64,000 nt of DNA from Octopus sinensis (taxonomy: Eukaryota): NCBI RefSeq assembly GCF_006345805.1, contig NC_043003.1:82026001-82090000 (forward strand), given 5' to 3'. Each line of letters begins with the position of its first letter. The stretch's first letter is position 1. The notes under the pieces were generated by a model. That model saw only the letters and a list, made by a program, of their open reading frames with translations, had not been told where the DNA came from and made no database searches. This document shows, piece after piece, positions 52,566 through 64,000 of the stretch. The translations under genes were made by a program, and so were the position numbers.

Positions 52566-53400
52566 AATGAGTAAACTTAGCGGTATTTCGTCTATTTTTA
52601 CGTTCCGAGTTCAAATTCCAACGAGGTGGACTTTGCCTTTCATCCTTACGGGCTCCATAAATTAAGTAACAGTTGCGTACTGGCGTTGATCTAATCGACT
52701 GGCCCTGCTCTCCAAATATTTCGGGCCTTTTGCCTAGAATAGAAAATAATATTTTAGTGAATATATAAGACGGTGAGCTGGTTGATTCGTTAGCACGCTG
52801 GGCGAAATGTTTATCGGTATTTGGTCTGCCGTTACGTTCTGGGTTCAAATCCTGCCGATTTAGACTTTGCTTTTCATCCTTTCGTGGTCAATAAATTAAG
52901 TACCAGTGAAACATTGGGGTCGATGTAATCGACTAGTCCCCTCCACTAAAATTTCCGGCCTTGTGCCTGTAGTAGAAAAGAATCATTAACTTGCCGGGCA
53001 AAATGTTTAACGGCATTTCCATCATCCTTGCTTTCTGAGTTCAAATTCCGCCGAAGTCAATTTTTCGTTTCATCTCTTCGGAGGCGATAAAATAAGTTCC
53101 AGTTGAACACTGGGAGCGATATAATCGACTTACCCCCTATCCCGAAACAGTTGGCTATGTGCCAAATTTTGAAACGAATGTTTTAGTGAATATATCAGGC
53201 AGCGAGTTGGTAGAATTATTAGCACGCCAGAAAAATTGCTTAACGGCATTTCAACCGTCCTTACGTTCTGATTAAAAATTCTGCTGAACCTGACTTTCGG
53301 GGTCGATAAAGTAAGTAGTAGTTGAAAACTGGAATCGATGTAATCGACTTACCTTCTTTCAAAATTGCTGGCCCTGTGTCAAAATGCGAAATCAGTATTC
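52566..53400 (+). mobile_element. Head-to-tail cluster of ~4 SINE family B copies
   Basis: Repeated gttagcacgc / gttc(t)gagttcaaattcc / gtcgataaa-taagtaccag / gtaatcgact blocks. Confidence 0.88.
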
Positions 53401-54689
53401 TTGTAAATATATACATGACGAAATAAAAACATTCGCCAATACTGTAAATGAGAATCCGTAATAAAATAGTAACAAAATAATAGCTATCAATAAATAGTTC
53501 GTAATAATGGTGAAGTACGAAATGATTTATATGAAAAGTAACTAATATGCATTCAGCCCACTTTTGCGTCCGCTATATGATTTACAAAAATAAAGCACAC
53601 ACTATCCGAAAAGAATATCAGAATATATGGTTTTGCGAGAGTGGATGTTGTGAAGTAAAAACGGTAATAATGCACCAGAATGGATATAAATTCATATCTA
53701 CACAAAGCATACTGAACGTCGAAAAATGTTAACATACAACCCAGCGTGTTGGATGGGACTACAACCGCCTTGCTGTACTGACAGAATATCCATGCCCTTT
53801 ATTTGCAAACTATGCTAAAAAGTTTCTTTAACTATATTATGTGAAACAAGCTTACTAGAAAACAGATTAAAGAAAGCACCTCATTCATAGGATGACAACT
53901 TAGACCAAAGGCTATATACAGAGACAGGGAAAATTTTTCACAGAAAAATGGGATTGTGGTTTTTCATTAAAGCTTCTTGCATGCAAAATGTTCAGCTGTT
54001 GATTACAGACGCTATAACAGAATACTAAAAAGGGAGGAGAATTCATAAAATTATATAGATTATTTATCAGAAAAGATCTCTGACATTGTCAGCTGAGTTG
54101 CTTTATATAAGTGGAACTGGAAATACACATACCGGAAAGCAAGTTGAGAGAAGAAAGTAATTAGTGTGCTGAATGAAGAATCTAAATCAAATTGCGAGAG
54201 ATGAAATTTACTTATGATGTCAAATGAAACCAATAGAATGGCGTTTTATTATTCCAGTATTAATTTTGTAAAATGAGGACAGAATGTTAATGGTATTGAT
54301 TTTTTTAATACTGGTTATATATACGCATCTATGGCTAAATGAATAGGCCCCAGCACATGACTGTAGATATTTTCTTAAAGTTAGAGGAATGGAATTTGAT
54401 GTTAACTGTAGTGTTATATCTAAATCTATTGAATGTGCGATTTTACAACGTTAGCAAATTAAAAGTTCGTTGAAATACGAAAATACAATAGCGACCCTTA
54501 CAGGATGCATCCTGGTAAAAACTGTTGCGTGGTAATTGACTTGTGGAAATGAATTTAAGCTTACACAGCAAGAGGTTGGGTTGAGAAACCGAACAAAACG
54601 TTATCAGAAAGTAACGTGGAAATATTGAAGGTGTATATCTTAAGCAAATATAGATAGATGACAACACGCTTAACTATTACAGTCATAAA

Positions 54690-55060
54690 TACCATCATTT
54701 CACATTCTTAGTAAGCCACAGCACTATACCTCAGCATGCGTACAATTCTACACACATACTCTCCCGAAAAGCATATACGATTCACCCATATACTCGTCTT
54801 TAAACATGGATAACCTATACTCGCACATACACACCAACCTGCCTTCCTTTCATCTCATTCCCATGAAACCGCATTACTATCTGACTGTCATGCTTTTTCT
54901 CTCTCTTTCACTGACGATTCGACTTTCTCACTTTGCTATTTTCTTCTGATGAAACATAAACGTCCAAGCGGTTGAAACTTTTCCGTTTCGAAATTAAGTG
55001 TGAAACCACAATCGCGTGTGTTAAAATTTGTCCTTCCTGTGTTATCTTTTATATTTAGTT
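54690..55060 (+). mobile_element. Probable Penelope-like element 3' remnant
   Basis: ...ctgacgattcgactttctc...cttCTGATGA...GAAAC; architecture shared with 36780-37400 and the 28.1-kb arm. Confidence 0.45.
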
Positions 55061-55479
55061 TTTAGTTTTGAAGTTTTCCATTGCAATAACGATACACACG
55101 CACACACTCACACATATATACATATAAGTGTGTGTGTGTGTGCGCGTATTTGTGTTTGTATATGTGTATGTGTGTGTTTGATGAATTTACGGATAACAGG
55201 CATCTTAGAATAGAAATGCAATTCTAAAACATATGTAAAACAAGTTAAGGATATTTTTTCAGCCCTGAATATATAAGGACACTGGGGTTATATATAAAAT
55301 TGAGCATTAATATTTTAAGCAAGTCGAAAACTCAATCACTCTATGTCATGGCGAAAAATAGCAGAATCGATAGAAACTCGGACTAAATGCCAAGGTAGAT
55401 CTCTTACATTCTGCTTTTAAATAGCTCTGAGGTCGACTTTTACAAATAGTCCAATAGGCCTAATATTGATTTCCAATGT

Positions 55480-56032
55480 TGCCGCAAGTGCATCAACCTC
55501 TGGAGAAGGGGGGGGGGGTAAGTCGATAACATCGATTCCAGTATTTAACTGGTTCTTATTTTATCGACCCCAAAAGGATGAAAGGCAAAGTCGACCTCGG
55601 CGGAATTTGAACTCAGAACACAAAGACAGACGGAATACCTATCTCTTTAGAACCCACAAGGGGCTAAACACAGAGGGAACAAACAAAGACAGATAAACGG
55701 ATTAAGTCGATTATACCAGTGCGCAACTGGTACTTATTTAATCGACCCCGAAAGGATGACTGGCAAAGTTGACCTCGGCGGAATTTGAACTCAGAACGTA
55801 TCGGCAGACGAAATACCTATTTCTTTACTACCCATAAGGGGATAAACACAGAGATGACAAACAAGGATAGACAAGCGGATTAAGTCGATTATATTGACTC
55901 CAGTGTGCAACACGTACTTAATTTATCGACCTCGAAAAGATGACCTCGGCGGAATTTGAACACAGAACATAACTGCAGACGAAATACCGCTAACCATTAT
56001 TCCCGGCGTGCTAACGATCCTGCCAGTTTCTT
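55480..56032 (-). mobile_element. SINE family B with ~175-bp internal tandem reiteration (x3)
   Basis: gacctcggcggaatttgaa at ~55593, ~55771, ~55942. Confidence 0.88.
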
Positions 56033-57678
56033 GCCAAAAATGAACCTCATATTAAATATTAATGAGAAAGTCATTATGCGATCAAAGTAATTATACCTTC
56101 CTCAAGTCTTCGTGTTCGTTGTTGAAAAGACATTGTCAGATGTAATGAAATATGAATCGCACGTTCATAATAGGATTATACTAGAGGTCATCTGCAACAG
56201 AACAGCTTTTAAATTACACAACGCGGAGCTTAATATTGTGAAGATGCTGATAACATTAATCTACAGTTTATATATATATTGACAACTTTACTACGATGAG
56301 TTCCTGTGAAGACACTTAGTTGTCAACGAATGAGACCCAAGCCAAAGGAACAAAGGAGCATAACTATTATATAGATATCAGTTGCCAAAATTTTGCACCT
56401 AGCAGTAATAACTGATTATGCTAAAGTAGTATACTCTTTCGCGAAAGTGTGATGATCATACAATTTGTAGAAAACTGGCTATAGACTCTGAGAGACAGAT
56501 TTATTACCAGTAAAAAAAAATCATTTAATTTTGGTTGCACGACTAATCAAAGATGGGTAGCGCCTGGAATATTTTATAGAGCTTCAGAGAATGATTGATG
56601 AATACTAGAATTAGACTATGATTCATAGAATAGTCTCAAACCAGAGACTATGACATGAGTCATAGTCCGCTATTACTGGCGCAATTTACAACGCTCTAAT
56701 GCACACAAAAGTTTTGTACTGGATATTAGCATTGTACTGTATTTTGAAATCTTTAGAATCAAAAATAAGAAGCTAGTTATTGATATTTAAGATTGTTTAG
56801 AATCTTTGATTCCACAATCAAATACGTTTGTGTTAACTGACATAATGTTGTTCAGTTACTGCTTCGACTTCCGCATTCACACTCAGATATTTCCTGTTTC
56901 GCGAAAGTCAACATTATTCATGAAGACCGTAGAATTAATTTCCTTCCTACTGCAATTCTCAGATTTATACATTGCAGAAGAATGTTTTGTTCGGACTGTC
57001 GTCCATATAACAAATATCACGTCCATGTTCTCATATTTAAGAGGCTAGAAACCACGTCTCCAATTATGTGTGAAATAAGTTATAACAACACGGATATGAC
57101 ATGCGCTTACAGATAGAAAGAAAAGGAAAATTCTCAGTATCTGTTTAAAACCTTTCAATGCTGGAGAATTAGAATATCTGTGTGATTTATCAGGAAAAAT
57201 ATTCAGAGCCTAATGGATGAATAATAAGAATTCAAAATTTTAGTGTGTGAAACCATGAAAATCGAAATGGTATTAGCTTTGTACAAATATAATAATGGAT
57301 ACAGTGCCTCAAATCACAGATAGAATGAACAAAATGATAAAGATGCATCCAGAGAAATAATCTAGGTTTACAATGAGAACACAAATAATGCTAAATGTAA
57401 TATTGCGCCAGTATATATGGCATAAAAAGCAAAAATAATTTACTGAAAATTGAAGCACCTTTGGTTATGTGAATAAATTCTGCTCCACAGAAGTATAGAA
57501 GACAACACTTGCGTCATTAACACCTATAAGCGATCACGGGAAACACATACAAATCAACAAGGGTATTAGGAAATAAATGAGTAAAAATAATCATTATAAC
57601 GTGAAAAAGCTACTTAATTTACATTGAAGCCTGTATGGGAGTGTTAGAGTAGTCCTTAAATACTCTCTGTATATCATT

Positions 57679-57726
57679 TCTTCTTCTTCTTCTTCTTCTT
57701 CTCCTTCTTCTTCTTCTTCTTCTTCC

Positions 57727-57767
<41 letters not shown>

Positions 57768-57887
57768 TTCTTCTTCTCCTTCTTCTCCTTCTTCTTCTTC
57801 TTCTTCTTCTTCTTCTTCTTCTCCTTCTTCTCCTTCTTCTATTTCTTCTTCTTCATCATCATCAACATCTAATTATTATTATTATTG

Positions 57888-57933
<46 letters not shown>

Positions 57934-57951
57934 CATCATTATTATTATTAC

Positions 57952-57999
<48 letters not shown>

Positions 58000-58017
58000 T
58001 ATTATTATTATTATTAC

Positions 58018-58072
<55 letters not shown>
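57679..58072. repeat. Compound microsatellite (CTT)n-(CAT)n-(ATT)n
   Basis: ~170 bp imperfect TTC repeats then ~200 bp ATT repeats. Confidence 0.97.
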
Positions 58073-58592
58073 TTTTTAAGACGTCGCACAGTATCGACTA
58101 TCGTGAGGTTGTTAATTGAAGATATTGTGTCTACCGCGGGTTTGTACTGTCTGTCAAGTCACAATAATGACCTCTGACAGACAGTACTTTACGCAATATG
58201 CCGATGTTTTTTGCAATACACATAGATTGTAAGGTATTTCTAAACTTTCCAGATGTTTTTACAGGTAGGCTGTTATTGAAGCCAATGCTCCGATGACAAT
58301 GTACAACTAAAATTTTATTTTATATAGTAAATCGCTTTGCATATATATTCATATCCTTCATTAGAGTTTAAAATGCATGTGCACCTGTAGTGCAAGCGTG
58401 CTTGAATTTTTGCAAAGATTAGTATCTGCCCACGCATAAATCTCTTTCTTTTCCCGCTACCAGTGTTGTCCAAAGGGATTATCTATGTATTTTATCAATA
58501 GCTTAATTCAGATCTATAGGAGTAAATAGGCTTTGTGTTTTATATTGGGACTTTCAGCTGCCAGTGGCTTCATGTTCATTAACAGAACGTAC

Positions 58593-58749
58593 CTCAAAGG
58601 CCAATAATAATGTATACTGCAGGCTGGTAGATTATATCTAGGCTCTCGTGGAAACAGCTGGCAATTGCAAGTTCTATATGAGTAAGGAAAGGGACAAGGA
58701 TTTTCACATTCATTTGGTCTTGAAGAATTTGTTCCTTTAGTCACGATTT
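58593..58749 (-). CDS. Internal coding exon of an unidentified Cys-rich protein
   Basis: Acceptor ttcctctctgcccagcttcatttgcag, donor TTGAG|gtacgt; 157 bp, open only in phase 1 to 2: IVTKGTNSSRPNECENPCPFPYSYRTCNCQLFPREPRYNLPACSIHYYWPL(R). Higher complexity/GC than flanks. Confidence 0.6.
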
Positions 58750-59859
58750 CTGCAAATGAAGCTGGGCAGAGAGGAAGAAATTTCCCTAATTATGCACCTC
58801 AAGGCGTGTACACGTTATGTAAAATTTCCCTTAAAATCATTGACTGCCACGCCATTACCAACACTAACTCTGCCTGAGACTGCATATACTCTACCAATTT
58901 ACAGTATACATTAACATGTCTGCAATGTTTCGGGGTATCTTTTGTTTTTTGTTTTAGAGTGTACGTTATAGTATCAATTCACATTGCTCCCAAAATTGAT
59001 AGTACTATATTTATTCCCATAATCTCATCGTTGATGATTCCTTTGTTGGCCTTGATACTTACAGAATTCTTCTAGGACCCATTGCAATCGGTTCTTTAAT
59101 GATTTCTCTTTTATTTTTAAGATCTTTATAATTTTCTTTTCACGCTGGATTGGAATTGCTTATTTTATAACTACACTCGTTGTTGCATTTATAATGTTCC
59201 TTAGCAAAATTTCGTTGTTTTAACGTGATCCTTGTTCATAGAGTGATTAGTATGTGACATTATGGTAGTATATTTATTTCTTTTTGTCAAAAGCTTCTTT
59301 ATGCCAATTTCATTGCCAAGAAGAAACCTATATGCTGATGGTTTTCTTATGTTCTTATATGAGTCAATCATAGGGAGTAACCACTAGCATGTATAGCTGC
59401 TATGACTGTTCTGCACAGTATTTCGTATGGTCAAAAATACCCCGTAAAACTGCAGGCATATTAATGGATACTGTACGTTGGTAGACTGTATGCCGTCTCT
59501 CGTATAGATAGAGATGGCATCTGCATGGCAGGCAGTGATTATAAAAGAAAGTTTATATATACTGCAAATGCTTTTATGCTTGCCAACTTTTCCTATTTGT
59601 TTATTATATTGACTATTTTATCGTTATCTCTAATCCTTGCGAGTTACTTTCATTGGTCCTCAGTGACGTCTCGATGTAAAATCTTTTACTTCTATTTGAT
59701 TTTAACATATTTCAAATTTCGGTACTTATATATACATTGTTTATTCGTAATATAGCATTATGCTTTCGTCTTCATTTAGTACTCTAGTATTTGTTCACTA
59801 CTCTACTATTTAGTTTTACGTGCACCATGTTTTTCCTGTAAGTTAACAATGAAGCCGAT

Positions 59860-60130
59860 TTGAAATAATATCAAACGTTAGATATTTTGTCCGACGCTCT
59901 AGCGACTCTGCATTTGCCATCCCTTGCTTTCAGAATTGCTAGTAATTATCCTTCCTACTATAGACACAAGATCTGAAATTTCGTGGGAGGGGATGTGTCG
60001 ATTCCATCGACCCTAGTCCTCAACTGTTAGTTAATCAACCCGGCGGAATTTGAAATCAGAACGTAAAGACAGGCGAACTATCGATAAGCATTTCGCCCTA
60101 CGTGCTAAAGATTCTGTCAGCTCGCCTCCA
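59860..60130 (-). mobile_element. SINE family B fragments
   Basis: ccggcggaatttgaaatcagaacgtaaagac...ctgtcagctcgcc. Similar fragments at ~19200-19370, ~44435-44545 and ~44695-44795. Confidence 0.75.
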
Positions 60131-61340
60131 TAGACTTGCTAGTAATAATAAAAGCCAGGGAGAAGTTTAGTGAGCCCATCATTACTTTACTGGTACATTA
60201 TCTTCTCTAAACCGGAGAGATTTAAGATAAAATTAATTCCGCTAGCGGCTGAAGGGACAACATTATGAAATAATCTAAACATTTTCCCCCAAAACTCTAG
60301 TTATTCTGCAAGCTTATTGTGCTAATAATGATTGCTTTAGATTTAGAAAGAAAGACCACTAAATCGATGAATGGATTAATCGATACAATCGACCATAGTA
60401 CGTGGAAGGTATTTATTTTACAAGCGATGAAAATATCATCCCGGTGAGATTTAAACTCAGAATTTAAAGAACCAGAGGAAATACTAAAATGAATTTTTCC
60501 GCGGCTCTAAAGACTGTTTATGGAGAAACAATTCTAAGTAACATCATTCATGGTTCTTGAGAGTCTCTTTATCATATCGACATTAAAACAATACGATCCA
60601 ATGATGACCTTGATGTAATATGAAGGCAGGCCTTAGAGAACATCTGTTAGACACTGTAACGAATTTTTCAACTTTCTGCCTTATAATTTCTTATTTAAAT
60701 ACAAATTCAATAGTTTTATTCACTTTGGTAGATTCAAATGATCTCTAGCATTTGAGCGGCACTGCATTGACACAGAATATTTGAAAGTCAGTGTTTATTC
60801 TGGTAGCATTTTTAATTTAAAATGTAAAGGGTGGGAACATATAACATAAAGCATTTTATCGGATGCTCTAACGATCCTGCCATATTACTATTCTTATCAT
60901 TGATGATGATTAAGATGAGGAAATGATGATAATGATAATAATAATAACAATAACAACACCAACAACAATATCTGTAATAATAATCTCATTCATAAATGTC
61001 TATTTGTAGATTAACAAGCAAATCACCGGCTTAAACAAAATTAGTACATATAAAACATTAACCAGTAAGGCAAATGTCTTGTTACGAACGATTTATTGCT
61101 TTGCTATTAAGTACTTAGCCATACACTAATTTAAAATAAGTGTACAACCGAGTAAAGAGATAATATAGATATTTTTATGCATTAATTATTTTGTCTTGCA
61201 TATACTGGAGTCTTCATACATGTATGTATATATTATACGTAAAAGGAAAGATATTTTAAATAAGTATATATATATATATATATGTATGTATTATGTATGC
61301 ATGCATGTATGTATGTATACACTGATTTACAATATATTTC

Positions 61341-61409
<69 letters not shown>

Positions 61410-64000
61410 ATATGGATGTATGTGTATGAGTGTATGTTTCCATATGTGTTTACATCTGTATATGTATATATCCATATACCTACACATATGCATGGATATA
61501 CGTGCTTTTTTCGTCTAACTGAATGTAATCCAAACAGCATACAAAAGCCACTGTATTAAAGTGCATTTTAAAACAAAATAGTACTGTAGCTGTACTTTAG
61601 AAATAATCTTTAGCAAACACTTTTTTAGGCACACATAATATACTCTTTCATAATCTAATTTTGTTATTAGTCTTTCAGTTTTCTAAAACATAGTCCGTTA
61701 GGAAAGAGAAGCCAAAGATGAACAGCAGAAGTAAGCTACCTGCCAATTATAGTTTTTTTTGTTGTTTTTAATGTCATTTTGCACATTTTCACCTAAGCGC
61801 TGCCTTCTCTTTTTATTGCGAAAGGTTATTAACCCCCCAATATAAAAATATAAAGTAAATTATAAACTGTAATTCTGACTTATTTACGTAGATACTTTGA
61901 TTTGTATTGCTTGGATTTTTAGTTAGTTAAACTTTGTATATCCCACAATGTTTCATGCTTTAAGTTATCGGTTCTCTATTTATAACATGCTTTTGTTTAC
62001 TGTTTTGATGAAGCTTGTCACATCTTACTGGTTGTCAGTTTAAATTTACATTTAAGTCTTACATTGTCTCATAAAATTTAAATATGGAATATGAAATTTT
62101 ATGCAAAAATTTTCAGAATTACTTTGTTTTGCGCATTATCGGTATAACAAATACATGTTGGTACGATTCTACTAGTTATTAATACGTTTCTATTGACACA
62201 TTTTGAGTTGTTTCTATGACATGAAATGACATAAAACAAAAGCAAAACTTTCATTTATAATGGGCAATATAATTATAAAGGCAATGATGTGAAGAAATTA
62301 ATGGCAGCATAACTTTTATTTCTAAAGTAAAGACTTCTATAAAAAGTTGTGCGTATACCATATTTAGCACATTTTTATGATCCAAAGAAAGTTGTGAAAA
62401 TACTTTACCGCCCACCCTAACTTTGTAACGATGTAAGAAAATTATTGAGGAAATGAAACTCTGACGAAATACCCAACTACAAATAGCAATATGTGCTGAC
62501 AACAAATTCTCGCAAGAATTTATGAATAAATATTAATTTGATTTGCTACAAGGCATAAAACAATTTTCTATATTGGAAAGACATTGCATTTAAATGATAG
62601 ATTGCCAGAGTACAATTGAGATAGGTGAATAATTTAAAAACATTATTTTGATTTTCATAAAATTATATTAGTTGAATTACTGAAATAGAAATTTGATGTA
62701 CGAAATGCAGTGAATTGGTGAGGTTGGATATAATATTTCGTAAAATTAATACAATTCTGGTTTACAATAAATCATAAAAATATGAATTCAAAAGTAAATT
62801 CGATTTCTTTGCTATCTCACGGTCTAAAATATACTGTGAATATGTTATATTGTGTCACAACGGTATTCTGTTATATTGAACGTAATGCAGCGCCAAGTAT
62901 GAGAAAACCCATTAATGTAGAGATGGATATAATAATTGTTTCAATTGCTTCGCCGCATTCTTTTGCTAGTAAAGATTTCTAATATCATAGAATGCAATTT
63001 CTATCACAGCAGTGGTGAGAAATCAAAGTAGCAATTCATTTATGACCGTTTGATATCTACATTGTGAAAACAATTGATATAATTTTGCTTTATTAATCCT
63101 AAATTACTGTAGTTTCTAATAACCATAGTTCCATAGTTCTACTTCAGTTTAGCAAATGTCTAAAATATATATGTATTACAAATTAGATAATCTACTCTCA
63201 CATTGGCAAGTATAAACCTAATTAGAAACTAAATATAGAATGGACTCTCCTTACGTTAACAGACATGAATTTTATCATTTTCAAATAGATATTTTGAAGC
63301 ATCATATGTAGTACAATAAAGCTAAACGTTTGCAAGTTAATCTTTACAAGTATACTAACATAACACTTTCTGTCCAATAAACGTGAGAAATATAGAAATG
63401 TATTAAATCTGTTGGACAAAAAAGAAACATACAAGTCAAGATTATCGCTTAAACTGTTAGATGCATGAAGCATTTCTCTTTCAAATTTGTGTTATATTTA
63501 ATAAAAGGGTATATTTGAAAATGTGATTGAGATATAACCTCTGAGAAAAATAGGTGTCCCTGTGACTGAAATACATATGATCCTGCATGCTTACATAGCA
63601 TCATCTTCATCACTACTATGATCATCATCGTCGTCGTCGTCATGATCATCGTTACCATCGTCATCATCATTCAATATAACGGCAAGAGTTATCTATAAGA
63701 CCAACACTTTTACCGGAGTTGAGAATCATTTTGTAAATGTGAGAATCTACTGATAATTCTTACTACAGTTATTTTTCATTTACTTTCATTTTATTTCATT
63801 GTTGAATACAATATATTTCAATAAAGTTATGATGGAACCAGTTGAAATGAACAAAAAAACTTATAAAATCTAAGCAAACAACTTGCGTTTCATGTTTTGG
63901 TGACATGCGACATTTATACACCTTTTCTATTTAATAAGCAGTAAACTGGCATTCAAAATGATGTACAAACGTTTACTGTCGCAGTGAATATTGTTATTGG

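Noticed and set aside
59066-59148. - strand exon directly upstream of 58749 (strong gtaagt donor)
   Set aside because: Either open frame creates a stop when joined to the 58749 exon, so it cannot be the adjacent exon.
7714-63670. Numerous YIYI/CVCV/THTH/poly-L/poly-I ORFs in the ORF track
   Set aside because: They are translations of (TA)n, (TG)n and (ATT)n microsatellites, with no splice or domain support.

Overview
AT-rich, intron-dominated animal DNA. The tRNA-derived SINE families and dense (TA)n/(CA)n microsatellites look like an octopus (coleoid cephalopod) genome; the species is inferred, not proven. Clearest gene signal: a + strand exon of an alpha-carbonic anhydrase-related protein, CA10/CARP-like (2044-2198). 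A probable second, unidentified Cys-rich gene lies on the - strand (best exon 58593-58749, candidates at 49.6 and 48.1 kb), plus weaker - strand exon candidates at 5-35 kb. The rest is decayed mobile DNA (Tc1, mariner, Tigger/pogo, RTE and CR1-like LINEs, Penelope-like ends, a Helitron-like 5' end, many SINEs). Notable structures: a ~490-bp x7 tandem array ending in a fold-back inversion (possibly a long-read artefact), a perfect 59-bp TGT...ACA hairpin element, a 1361-bp tandem duplication with an inverted third copy 4.4 kb away, and hammerhead-ribozyme-like cores in SINE/Penelope-type repeat tails. Nearly all supplied ORFs are microsatellite or transposon by-products. I found no convincing complete novel multi-gene system; the most interesting leads are RNA-structure or repeat based and need checking.
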